Source: an uncultured Alphaproteobacteria bacterium (lineage in GTDB: Bacteria; Pseudomonadota; Alphaproteobacteria; Acetobacterales; Acetobacteraceae). Taken from it: a DNA stretch of 64,000 bases. Of the stretch, positions 22,378-30,603 are shown piece after piece (the stretch's first letter is position 1; each line of letters begins with the position of its first letter). The notes below the pieces were generated by a model. It was not told the DNA's origin, did no database searches, and saw only the letters and a program-made list of their open reading frames with translations. The DNA lies in NCBI GenBank assembly GCA_963819305.1, contig CAWFVP010000001.1:748131-812130 (forward strand), in the 5' to 3' direction. Made by a program: the position numbers and the translations under genes.

Positions 22378-23418
22378 ATGGGCCAGACGCTCTCCGCCGA
22401 CCACATCCTCGAAACCCGGGGGATTACCCGCAGCCTCGGCGCTTTCGTGATCGGCACGACGTTCAACCGCGAAGGCAGCGCCGCGGCTTTCGCCTTGGGC
22501 GACGGCAGCCTGCACATTGCCCGGCCGGACGGGTCCGACTGGATGAAGGTGGACGCGCATAACGGCGCTGCCCTGGCGCTGGCGAGCGATACCGGCCCGG
22601 GGGGTTGGATCACCGGCGGCGACGATGGCCGTTTCCTGCGCGTCGGCAACGACGGCGGCATGGCCGAGATCGCACCGTTCGGCAGCCGCTGGGTTGAGCA
22701 CGTCGCCAGCGTCCTGGACGGCAAGACTGCCGTGCTGGCCTGTGCCTCCGGCAAACGGGTGCATCTGTATAATGGCAAGGGCGAACCGTTGAAGGTGCTG
22801 GAGCATGCCTCGACGGTGAGCGGCCTGGTATTCGACGCGCGCGGCAAGCGTATCGCCACTTCGCATTACGGCGGCGCCAGCGTCTGGTTCGTCGCGTCCA
22901 AGAGCGACAACCCGCGCAAGCTGGAATGGAAAGGCAGTCACATCGGTATCGCGATGAGCCCGGACGGCGACAACGTCGTGACCTCCATGCAGGAGAACTC
23001 GTTGCATGGCTGGCGGCTCTCTGACGGTCAGCACATGCGGATGAGCGGCTATCCGGCGAAGACGGCAGCGATGTCGTTCAGCAAAAGTGGCAAATGGCTG
23101 GCAACCTCTGGGGCGGAATCGATCGTGATGTGGCCATTCTTCGGCGGCGGGCCGATGGGCAAGCCACCGACCGAACTCGCCGGCGGCGACGGCGTGATCT
23201 GCACCACGGTCGCCGCGCACCCGCAGCACGAAGCGATCGCCGCCGGGTTTTCCGACGGATTGGTAGTGATGGCCGATATTGCCTCCGCGCGAATTCTGCC
23301 GATCGCCGGCACCGGCCGGGGCCCGGTTTCGGCCTTGGCCTGGAGCCCGGATGGCGTCCATCTGGCCTTCGGCACCGAGAACGGCTTCGCCGCGATCGTC
23401 GACTTCGCCAAAAAATAA
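22378..23418 (+). CDS. WD40-repeat protein
   Basis: 346-aa ORF starting 3 nt after the COG0523 gene. It has repeated blades of about 40 aa ending in W/D-type motifs (ITGGDDG, SMQENSLHGWRL, LAWSPDG). Confidence 0.7.
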   Translation: MGQTLSADHILETRGITRSLGAFVIGTTFNREGSAAAFALGDGSLHIARPDGSDWMKVDAHNGAALALASDTGPGGWITGGDDGRFLRVGNDGGMAEIAPFGSRWVEHVASVLDGKTAVLACASGKRVHLYNGKGEPLKVLEHASTVSGLVFDARGKRIATSHYGGASVWFVASKSDNPRKLEWKGSHIGIAMSPDGDNVVTSMQENSLHGWRLSDGQHMRMSGYPAKTAAMSFSKSGKWLATSGAESIVMWPFFGGGPMGKPPTELAGGDGVICTTVAAHPQHEAIAAGFSDGLVVMADIASARILPIAGTGRGPVSALAWSPDGVHLAFGTENGFAAIVDFAKK

Positions 23419-23433
23419 CCCAGGAGCTTGCAC

Positions 23434-24252
23434 ATGGACATGATAACCGCGCAGGGCATGCGGATGCCCAAGCTTGGCCTGGGCACCTGGGCGATGAAGG
23501 GGGAGGAGTGCACCACCGCGGTGCTCGGGGCCCTGTCGCGCGGCTATCGGCATATCGACACGGCTGAGATGTATGCCAACGAGGACGCGGTCGGCGCGGC
23601 GCTGGCACAGACCGAGGTCGCGCGCGGCGACATTCACCTGACCAGCAAGGTCTGGAACGAAAACCTGGCGCCCGACGCCATTCGCCGTGCGGCGGAAGCG
23701 AGCCTGAAGCGGCTGGGCACGGACTACCTGGATCTGTACCTGATCCACTGGCCTTCGCCGACGATGGACCTGCCGAAGGCGCTGGCGGCGATGATGCGGC
23801 TGAAGGAGGAAAAGCTTGCCCGAGCGATCGGCGTCTCCAACTTCAATGTCGCCCTGCTGAAGCAGGCGATCGAGCAGATCGGTGCGCCGATCGCCTGCAA
23901 CCAGATCGAGTGCCACGTGCTGCTCGACCAGTCGAAGGTGATCGCCTATGCCCGGTCGAAGGGCGTTCCGATCACCGCCTATTGCCCGCTGGCGCGCGGC
24001 GGCCTGGACAAATATCCGGCGTTGGTCGAAATCGCGCGCAAGCACCGCGCCACGCCCGAGCAGGTGGCGCTGAAATGGCTGCTCGACCAGGAAGGCGTCG
24101 GTGCCATTCCGAAAGCAAGCCGTCCGGAGAACCAGCAGGCGAACCTCGACTGTCTCAAGCTGGCGCTCGATGACTCGGATCGTGCAGCGATCGCGACGCT
24201 GCCGAAGGGTGGGCGGATCGTCAGCCCCGCCTTCGCGCCGGCCTGGGACTGA
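23434..24252 (+). CDS. aldo/keto reductase (2,5-diketo-D-gluconate reductase-like)
   Basis: LGLGTW, GYRHIDTAEMYANE, LDLYLIHWP and NQIECH motifs. AGGAG lies 7 nt upstream of ATG 23434. Confidence 0.85.
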   Translation: MDMITAQGMRMPKLGLGTWAMKGEECTTAVLGALSRGYRHIDTAEMYANEDAVGAALAQTEVARGDIHLTSKVWNENLAPDAIRRAAEASLKRLGTDYLDLYLIHWPSPTMDLPKALAAMMRLKEEKLARAIGVSNFNVALLKQAIEQIGAPIACNQIECHVLLDQSKVIAYARSKGVPITAYCPLARGGLDKYPALVEIARKHRATPEQVALKWLLDQEGVGAIPKASRPENQQANLDCLKLALDDSDRAAIATLPKGGRIVSPAFAPAWD

Positions 24253-24286
24253 GCAGGTCGGCGGACCGGCTGGCTCACGCGATCAG

Positions 24287-26041
24287 TCAGTAGCCTGCAG
24301 CCGCACCGGCCGGTCGCCGCGAGTCGTTGGCGCCATAGAACAATCCAGGTCGCATCCCCTTGGTCGCCGATGCGTCGTTGCCCGAGGAAGCCGGCCCGGC
24401 TCCGGTGTTCGATCGCCCGACGGCGATAAGTTCCGCAGCACCCCATGGAACCTGTTCGGTGATCTTGTAGCCCATGCCTGCAAGCATCTCCTTGGTGTCG
24501 GGCGACAGCGCGAACGGCTCCGCATAAAGCACGTCCGGCAGCCATTGGTGATGCAGCCGCGGAGCATCGACTGCCTCCTGTGGCTGCATGCCGAAGTCGA
24601 TGATGTTCAACGCCGCTTCGAGCGTGATGGTGATGATGCGCGAACCGCCTGGGGAGCCAAGCACCAGGACCGTCCTCCCGTCCCTCGTTACCAATGTCGG
24701 CGCCATCGAGGATAGCGGACGCTTGCCGGGAGCAATGGCGTTGGCCTCGCCCTGCACCAGGCCGAAAAGGTTCGGCACGCCAGGCTTCACTGTGAAATCA
24801 TCCATCTCATCGTTCATTAGGAAGCCGGTATCGCCGGCGATCACCACGGCACCGAACGCACCGTTGATCGTGTACGTGACGGAGACGGCGTTGCCGGCGC
24901 TGTCGACCACCGAGTAATGCGTGGTCTCGGGCTTCTCGTGCGGTTCGACGCCTGGGCGCAAGGTCGCCGACGGCGTAGGACCGGGACCGATCCGGGCCCG
25001 GATGGCGGCGGCGTAGTCCTTCGACAGCAGCCGCTCCAGCGGGTTGTGCACGAAGGCCGGGTCGCCGAGATAGGTGTTGCGATCGAAATAGGCGTGGCGC
25101 ATCGCCTCGGTCATCAGATGCACCGATCGGGCGGAATGGAAGCCCAGCGCCGGCATATCGTAGCCTTCGAGGATGTTCAGGATTTCGCACATCGTGGCGC
25201 CGCCCGACGAGGGAGGTGGCGCGGAAACGAAGATGTAGCCGCGGTAGTCGCAGGTCAGCGGCGCGGACTCGGTGACATGGTAGGCCGCGAAATCCGCGGC
25301 AGTGAGAATGCCGCCGCCCGCGCGGGATGCCGCTTCGACTTCCTGCGGGATGCGTCCGTGGTAGAAAGCGCCGGCGCCCCCCTCCGCGATCGCGGTCAGG
25401 CTCGCTGCGAGATCGTGTTGCACGAGGCGCTCGCCCGGTTGCCAGGGCGTGCCGTCGGAGTGCAGGAAGATGCGGGCGACATTGGGGTGCGCGCGAAACG
25501 CCGACGTCCGCAACTCCAGGATGTCGGTATCGCCGCGGCTGAGTACGAAGCCTTTGGCCGCCAGGCGGATGGCGGGGGCCATCACTTCGGCGCGGGAGAG
25601 CGTGCCAAATTTGGCAAGGGCGGTGTCGAGGCCGAGCACCGTCCCGGGGACACCCGCGGCCTTCCAGCCATACAGGCTGGCGCCGGGGATGATTTTGCCC
25701 TCGGCGTCGAGATACATGTCGGCGGTGGCTGCGGCCGGAGCGGTTTCGCGGAAATTGATGAACACGTCGCCGCCATTGACGAGGTGCGCCACCAGGAATC
25801 CGCCGCCGCCGATGTTGCCGCAGCACGGATTGACGACTGCAAGGGCGTAGCCGACGGCCACGGCGGCGTCGATTGCATTGCCGCCTTTCTGCAGCATCTC
25901 GATACCCGCCTCGGAAGCGAGATGCTGCGATGATACCACCATGCCATGCGCCGCCTCGACCGCCGGTTGCGATGCGGCGAATGCGGCAGGGCTGGCAAAA
26001 CACGCCGCCAAAGCGAGGGCTATTGCAACGCGCATGGGCAT
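24287..26041 (-). CDS. ggt: gamma-glutamyltransferase
   Basis: 584 aa from ATG 26041. Signal peptide MPMRVAIALALAACFASPAAFA, and an autoprocessing-site region ...PETTHYSVVD... (Thr nucleophile). Confidence 0.9.
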   Translation of the reverse strand: MPMRVAIALALAACFASPAAFAASQPAVEAAHGMVVSSQHLASEAGIEMLQKGGNAIDAAVAVGYALAVVNPCCGNIGGGGFLVAHLVNGGDVFINFRETAPAAATADMYLDAEGKIIPGASLYGWKAAGVPGTVLGLDTALAKFGTLSRAEVMAPAIRLAAKGFVLSRGDTDILELRTSAFRAHPNVARIFLHSDGTPWQPGERLVQHDLAASLTAIAEGGAGAFYHGRIPQEVEAASRAGGGILTAADFAAYHVTESAPLTCDYRGYIFVSAPPPSSGGATMCEILNILEGYDMPALGFHSARSVHLMTEAMRHAYFDRNTYLGDPAFVHNPLERLLSKDYAAAIRARIGPGPTPSATLRPGVEPHEKPETTHYSVVDSAGNAVSVTYTINGAFGAVVIAGDTGFLMNDEMDDFTVKPGVPNLFGLVQGEANAIAPGKRPLSSMAPTLVTRDGRTVLVLGSPGGSRIITITLEAALNIIDFGMQPQEAVDAPRLHHQWLPDVLYAEPFALSPDTKEMLAGMGYKITEQVPWGAAELIAVGRSNTGAGPASSGNDASATKGMRPGLFYGANDSRRPAGAAAGY

Positions 26042-26137
26042 CTCCGAAAAAAGGTTGCCGCGCCGTGGCGACAACCATCGTCCTTTGTTGTCGAAGCGGC
26101 GCGCCACGTCCAGCCGCTGCGATCCGAGGTTGCATTC

Positions 26138-26983
26138 ATGCATTCGGCGGAGACATTGGTGGGGATGACTTTCCACCCGGATATGGCCCGAATCGCGCCG
26201 GCCTCGTCGCTTCGGCGCCGGCGAGGGCTGGCACCGGCGGCGTTTGCGTCGCTGCTGCTTCATGGAGCGGCCGCAGCACTTCTGCTGCTGGCGTCAGCGC
26301 CGTTGCCGCCAGATGTCGCTGCCAAGATCATTGTCGTTGAACTCGCGGAACCGGCAGTTGCAAACATTCCCGCGGCACCGCAGGCACCGACCGAATTGTC
26401 GGCGGCGACCTCGCCCGACCCTGCCGAACGGCCGCCCACGGTCTCGCCCTCCGACCCCGTTCCGCCGCCCCCAGCTTCGACGGCAGGACCGGCGGAAATC
26501 AACGCGCCGGTCACGATGCCGATGCCTCCGTCAGCACCTTCATCAGCGCCGCCCCGACCAGCGCCGCCGACGCGCCCCCGATCGACAGCAGCGCTGCGTG
26601 CGGCACCTTCCCGCGGCGTGGCACTCGTCCCACCGGCAGAGCCCGCGGCGGCGGCACCGCCGGCAGTCGGCCCGACGAGCCAGGCATCGGCGGCGGCGCT
26701 CGGTGACTGGCGGCTGCAGCTAGCGGCATGGCTCAGGTCGCATCAGGTCTATCCCCCGGCAGCGCGATCCCGGGGCGACGAGGGCAGCGTGGGCGTGCAT
26801 TTTTCGCTCGACGACGCAGGCCATGTGCTGGAGGTCGACCTGATGAACGGGTCTGGCGTTGCTGCCCTCGACGAGGCGGCATTGCTGCTGCTGCGGGGCG
26901 CCACCCTGCCGGCGCCTCCGCCAGGCACCTTGCAGGCCCAGCGGAGCGTCAGCGTGCAGTTGCGCTACCGGCTGGAGCGCTGA
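26138..26983 (+). CDS. TonB-family energy transducer
   Basis: N-terminal TM (AFASLLLHGAAAALLLL), a long Pro/Ala-rich spacer, and a C-terminal TonB_C-like block (YPPAARSRGDEGSVGVHFSLDDAGHV...). Start uncertain, 26138, 26165 or 26183. Confidence 0.65.
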   Translation: MHSAETLVGMTFHPDMARIAPASSLRRRRGLAPAAFASLLLHGAAAALLLLASAPLPPDVAAKIIVVELAEPAVANIPAAPQAPTELSAATSPDPAERPPTVSPSDPVPPPPASTAGPAEINAPVTMPMPPSAPSSAPPRPAPPTRPRSTAALRAAPSRGVALVPPAEPAAAAPPAVGPTSQASAAALGDWRLQLAAWLRSHQVYPPAARSRGDEGSVGVHFSLDDAGHVLEVDLMNGSGVAALDEAALLLLRGATLPAPPPGTLQAQRSVSVQLRYRLER

Positions 26984-27567
26984 GCCGTTTCCGCAGCCGG
27001 GAAGGTGACGCCGATCATGTCGCCCTCGCGCACGATGCCGGCAAGCGCTTCCTCGCTCCATCCTTCGGTGCCGGCGGGACGCAGCGGCAGCACCATCCAG
27101 CGGTAGTCGGCGGTGCTGTCGACGACGCGCAGCTTCACGCGAGGTGCCAGCACGGTGCCCCATTCCTGCAGCAGCCCACGTGGATCGCGCACCGCGCGGG
27201 CGCGGTAAGCGGCCGATTTGAACCAGAATGGCGGGTAGCCCAGCACCGCCCGGGGGTAGCAGCTGCACAGGGTGCAGACCACCAGGTTATGAACCTCCGG
27301 CGTGTCTTCGAGAACGCCGAGCGGCGGCAAGCCGCGCATCGGGATCGCGAGTTCCTCGGCCGCCCTGGCGCCGTCGGCCAGCAGGCGGGCGCGATAGGCG
27401 GGATCGACCCAGGCCCTGGCGACCATGCGGGCGCCCTGGGCCGGACTGCCGCCGTCGGTGATGGCGATCCGCTCGGCGATCTCCGCCGGCATCGCCAGAC
27501 CCTTGGCCGCCAGCAAGGTGCGGACCGCACCGAGCAGAAGCTCGCTGTCGGTCTCCAGCAGGTTCAT
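26965..27567 (-). CDS. nitrile hydratase alpha subunit (Co-type metal site)
   Basis: Active-site VCTLCSCYP (Thr gives the cobalt-type signature CTLCSC). The ATG at 27567 overlaps the upstream ORF stop as ATGA. An alternative ATG lies at 27582. Confidence 0.85.
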   Translation of the reverse strand: MNLLETDSELLLGAVRTLLAAKGLAMPAEIAERIAITDGGSPAQGARMVARAWVDPAYRARLLADGARAAEELAIPMRGLPPLGVLEDTPEVHNLVVCTLCSCYPRAVLGYPPFWFKSAAYRARAVRDPRGLLQEWGTVLAPRVKLRVVDSTADYRWMVLPLRPAGTEGWSEEALAGIVREGDMIGVTFPAAETAQRSSR

Positions 27568-27845
27568 AGCGGCTCCAGCCATGGCTCATAGATCTCCACC
27601 AGCACCTCATCCCCGGCGCTGCCCTGGCGCCAGAGCTTCGGCTGCTCGAATGCGACATGGTAGAGCGGCAGGATCGGCGCCGGGCGGGCAAAGGCGAGGT
27701 CCTCGGGGTTCGGATAGTCGCCAAGATGTCGCACCACCACGCCGGTCTCGCCGCGCAGGTAGTGCGGCGTGCGGATGTGGCAAGGCCCGCGGGTCTCCGG
27801 CCAATCGGGCTTCACGCGCACCCGGCTGCCTGGCGAGATGCTCAT
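27564..27845 (-). CDS. nitrile hydratase beta subunit, C-terminal half (separate ORF)
   Basis: 93 aa, MSISPGSRVRVKP...HIRTPHYLRGETGVV...LYHVAF...YEPWLEPL, which matches the SH3-like C-domain of NHase beta. ATGA overlaps at both ends. Confidence 0.75.
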   Translation of the reverse strand: MSISPGSRVRVKPDWPETRGPCHIRTPHYLRGETGVVVRHLGDYPNPEDLAFARPAPILPLYHVAFEQPKLWRQGSAGDEVLVEIYEPWLEPL

Positions 27846-27926
27846 GGTTGGCCAGTCATGGGTTGGCCGGTCATGGGTTGGCCGGTCATGGGTTGGCCGC
27901 TCACGGCTGGCCGGTCGTGGCTGACC
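27842..27926. repeat. 15-bp tandem repeat (plus-strand unit TCATGGGTTGGCCGG), 5-6 copies
   Basis: Read directly from the sequence. Unit at 27842-27855 is 14 nt. Units at 27856-27870 and 27871-27885 are identical. Unit at 27886-27900 has 1 mismatch. Units at 27901-27914 and 27915-27926 are degenerate. The repeat encodes the GQPMT linker at the beta split. Confidence 0.9.
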
Positions 27927-28276
27927 AAGGCGCCGCGCAGCTCCGCCTCGGTGATGACCCCCTTGCGCAACAGGTTGTCGGTGATCGAGCGGATCCAGCG
28001 CTGATAGTAGGAGAGACGGTGATAATCCGCCTCCGGTATCGCCTCGATGCCGCGGCGCAATTCGTCCACCGACATCACCTTCTTCATGCCCAGCAACTGG
28101 CGGATGGCATCCACCTCGCGGTCGAAATCGGTCAGGGCGTGGGGTTCGGTGTCGACCTCCTCGCACATGAACTGCGACACGCCGCCGAGGTCGTGCATGG
28201 CGCGTGGGACTGGCTTGTCGGTCAGCCCATGTTCGATCGCCGGCAAGTCCGGCCTGTCTGTTGTCGGCTCATCCAT
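27842..28276 (-). CDS. nitrile hydratase beta subunit, N-terminal half (separate ORF)
   Basis: MHDLGG...DELRRGIEAIP...SYYQRWIRSI...KGVITEAEL matches the NHase beta N-domain. It ends in (GQPMT)x3-GQP-stop. The true start may be the MHDLGG Met at 28198. Confidence 0.8.
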   Translation of the reverse strand: MDEPTTDRPDLPAIEHGLTDKPVPRAMHDLGGVSQFMCEEVDTEPHALTDFDREVDAIRQLLGMKKVMSVDELRRGIEAIPEADYHRLSYYQRWIRSITDNLLRKGVITEAELRGALVSHDRPAVSGQPMTGQPMTGQPMTGQP

Positions 28277-28360
28277 GCTGGCCCCGTCGGCGATGATTTA
28301 TCAGTCCCGCAGATTAGCCTTCGCATCCTCCGGCAGGCAAAACTTCACTTGCCAGGAGCC

Positions 28361-29284
28361 CTAATTCACCGCCTCGCCAGGGTAGGTGCCCCAGACCTCG
28401 TCGCGGCGCAGCCACCCGCGATAGTCGCCCACCTGCATCTCGCACCAGGACTTGCCCGCCTCGCAGCTGCGGATGCGGCCCAAGACGCCCGGTTTCAGCA
28501 AGGCCACCGGCGCAGAATCCTCGGACGCGGCACGTCGCAGTGTGCGCTCGGCGCCTTTCACCACGAAACTGCGCCGTCCGGTCAGGGTGGCTTGGTGGAC
28601 CCAGCCCTTGACCCCATCCTGGTCCTCGATCAGCCGCCAAACCTCGAACTCGCGCTCGATCTCGACCGGCAGGTCGCGGCGGCGATACACCCAATCGACG
28701 GGATAGCGGGTGCCCGGCCCGACGCGCAGGAAGACCTCGTCGGATCGCAGCGAGGCGAAGCGTGGCAGCGGCAGGCCGGTGTTGCCGCCCTTGGGCTGGT
28801 CGGCTGGCGCCGGGGCGGCCGCATCTGGCGCCGCACCCGCACCCGCCGCGCTGCCTGCCGCCGCACCTGCTGCCGCCCCGGCCGCCGCACCGGCCGCGGC
28901 TTTGGAAGGTGACGAAGGCGCCTGGGAGCCGGCTTTCGCACCGCCTTTGTCCGGCAATTTCTGCGCATGACCGTTGCGGGGCGGCTGAACGACCGGGGTG
29001 CTCCGGCCGGGCGCGCTGTGTCCCAGTGTCGACGGCGTCGGCATTGGCGTCGCGAACGGAGCGACCTGTTGCACGCCCGTGCGGGGTGCGGGCTTGGGCG
29101 GCGTCGCCGGGGCTGCCTTGACTGCAGCCTGGCTCTTTGCCGCCGGCTTAGTCGACAGCTGCTGGGTTCCGGGTGGCAGCGGCGCGGGTGTCTGGGAAGC
29201 CGGGGGCGTCTGTGCGTCCGCCACGGCTGGGGCCGCCAGTGCCGCCAGCATCCAGGATGCGCGAATCAGCCGCGAAAGATTCAT
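28361..29284 (-). CDS. secreted SH3-like (DUF1058-type) domain protein with a long Pro/Ala/Lys-rich linker
   Basis: Signal peptide MNLSRLIRASWMLAALAAPAVADA. About 190 aa of low complexity including (AAAG)x4. C-terminal block LPLPRFASLRSDEVFLRVGPGTRYPVDWVY...WCEMQVGDYRGWL is typical of the bacterial SH3/DUF1058 family. Confidence 0.7.
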   Translation of the reverse strand: MNLSRLIRASWMLAALAAPAVADAQTPPASQTPAPLPPGTQQLSTKPAAKSQAAVKAAPATPPKPAPRTGVQQVAPFATPMPTPSTLGHSAPGRSTPVVQPPRNGHAQKLPDKGGAKAGSQAPSSPSKAAAGAAAGAAAGAAAGSAAGAGAAPDAAAPAPADQPKGGNTGLPLPRFASLRSDEVFLRVGPGTRYPVDWVYRRRDLPVEIEREFEVWRLIEDQDGVKGWVHQATLTGRRSFVVKGAERTLRRAASEDSAPVALLKPGVLGRIRSCEAGKSWCEMQVGDYRGWLRRDEVWGTYPGEAVN

Positions 29285-29324
29285 GCCGCCATCCGTGGCA
29301 AGCCCGGCCGTATCGGGTCAAGCC

Positions 29325-29711
29325 CTACAACGATATCATTTGCCCCGCCCGCGCGGCCTCCAGGAACGTGACCACGCCGGCGACCTCGACACCTGCCGCG
29401 AGCGGGTCATCGAGCAGCCCCGCCATGCGTAGCCCGGCCTCGCAGGCGATCAGCCGGACGCCGAGTTCGACGGCAGCCTCGCGCAAAGTCTGCAAACCGG
29501 CGACGCCCTGCTCCTGCACTACGCGATCGCGGTCGAAGCCAGCCAAGGAAGACAGGTCGGCGAGCAATGCCCGACAACCCTCGTTGGTCGCGAACACCAC
29601 CGCCTCGCGGCCGATCGCGGCCGCTCCGGTGGCGAGAACGAAGGCGTAATGCGCCCGCTCGTGGCCGCCTGAAATCAGCAGCACGCCAAGCGTCGCGGCG
29701 TCAGACGGCAT
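29325..29711 (-). CDS. DsrE/DsrF-like family protein (putative sulfur-relay or redox protein)
   Basis: 128 aa from ATG 29711 (MPSDAATLGVLLISGGHERAHYAF...FATNEG...LIACEAGL). The start overlaps the ThiF/MoeB stop by 11 nt. Family call is from sequence pattern only. Confidence 0.5.
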   Translation of the reverse strand: MPSDAATLGVLLISGGHERAHYAFVLATGAAAIGREAVVFATNEGCRALLADLSSLAGFDRDRVVQEQGVAGLQTLREAAVELGVRLIACEAGLRMAGLLDDPLAAGVEVAGVVTFLEAARAGQMISL

Positions 29712-30516
29712 GCGCGGGAAGGCGGTGCGCCGACAGATCGTGCAGTCCGGATCCAGGCGCACAGGCCGGGCAATGCGGGTCGCGCTTCAGCTTGATGCTG
29801 CGAAAGCGGGTGGCCAGCGCGTCCCACAGCAGCAGCTTGCCGGCGAGAGTCTCCCCGATGCCGAGGATTTCCTTCAGAACTTCGGTCGCCTGCAGGGTCC
29901 CCATCACGCCGGTGACCGCCCCAAGCACCCCCGCTTCGCCGCAACTCGGCACCATGCCCTCCGGCGGCGGCTCGGGGTGTAGGCATCGGTAGCAGGGGAA
30001 GGCGTCGCCGGCATGCGGCTTGAACACCGCGAGCTGGCCCTCGAAGCGCAGCACGGCCGCCGACACCAGGGTGCGGCCGGCCAACACGCAGGCGTCGGCG
30101 ATCAGGAACCGGGTGGGGAAATTGTCGGTGCCGTCGCAGACGATATCATAGCCGCGAATCAGCTCGAGCGCGTTGTCGGCGTCGATCCGCTGCCGGTGCC
30201 GGACGATCTTCGCATGCGGATTGATGGCCTGTGCCGTGGCGGCGGCGGTGTCCACCTTCGGGCGCCCGACGCCCGCGGTCGTATGGGCGATCTGGCGCTG
30301 GAGATTGGACAGTTCCAGCACGTCGTCGTCGACCAGGCCGATGGTGCCGACTCCGGCGGCGGCAAGGTACAGCAGCACCGGGCTACCCAGGCCGCCCGCG
30401 CCGACCACCAGCACCTTGGCCTCGCGCAGCTTCGCCTGGCCGGTGCCGCCGACCTCGGCCAGCAGGATGTGGCGGGAATACCGGCGGATCTCCTCAGGGT
30501 CGAAGTCGAGGTTCAT
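29701..30516 (-). CDS. ThiF/MoeB-family adenylyltransferase (E1-like)
   Basis: RYSRHILL, VLVVGAGGLGSP nucleotide loop, LQRQ, and two CxxC pairs (CYRC, CPAC). No rhodanese domain. Confidence 0.85.
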   Translation of the reverse strand: MNLDFDPEEIRRYSRHILLAEVGGTGQAKLREAKVLVVGAGGLGSPVLLYLAAAGVGTIGLVDDDVLELSNLQRQIAHTTAGVGRPKVDTAAATAQAINPHAKIVRHRQRIDADNALELIRGYDIVCDGTDNFPTRFLIADACVLAGRTLVSAAVLRFEGQLAVFKPHAGDAFPCYRCLHPEPPPEGMVPSCGEAGVLGAVTGVMGTLQATEVLKEILGIGETLAGKLLLWDALATRFRSIKLKRDPHCPACAPGSGLHDLSAHRLPAHAV

Positions 30517-30603
30517 GCCGCAGCATATGGCATTGGGCGGCGATGACACCAACACCCCTCCATCCCCCTTCCACGCCGGGCCGGGTTGTGTTCATCAAGG
30601 TGA

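Noticed and set aside
21349-24045. 898-aa minus-strand ORF, the longest ORF in that region
   Set aside because: It is antisense to three well-supported plus-strand genes (COG0523 GTPase, WD40 protein, aldo/keto reductase). Its translation is Arg/Gly/Ala/His-rich with no recognisable motifs. This is a classic shadow ORF in GC-rich DNA.
27842-27926. Tandem 15-bp repeats considered as a possible CRISPR or mini-satellite
   Set aside because: The units are contiguous with no spacers, are only 15 bp long, and lie inside a coding sequence where they encode a peptide repeat. This is not a CRISPR array. It is reported as a coding tandem repeat instead.
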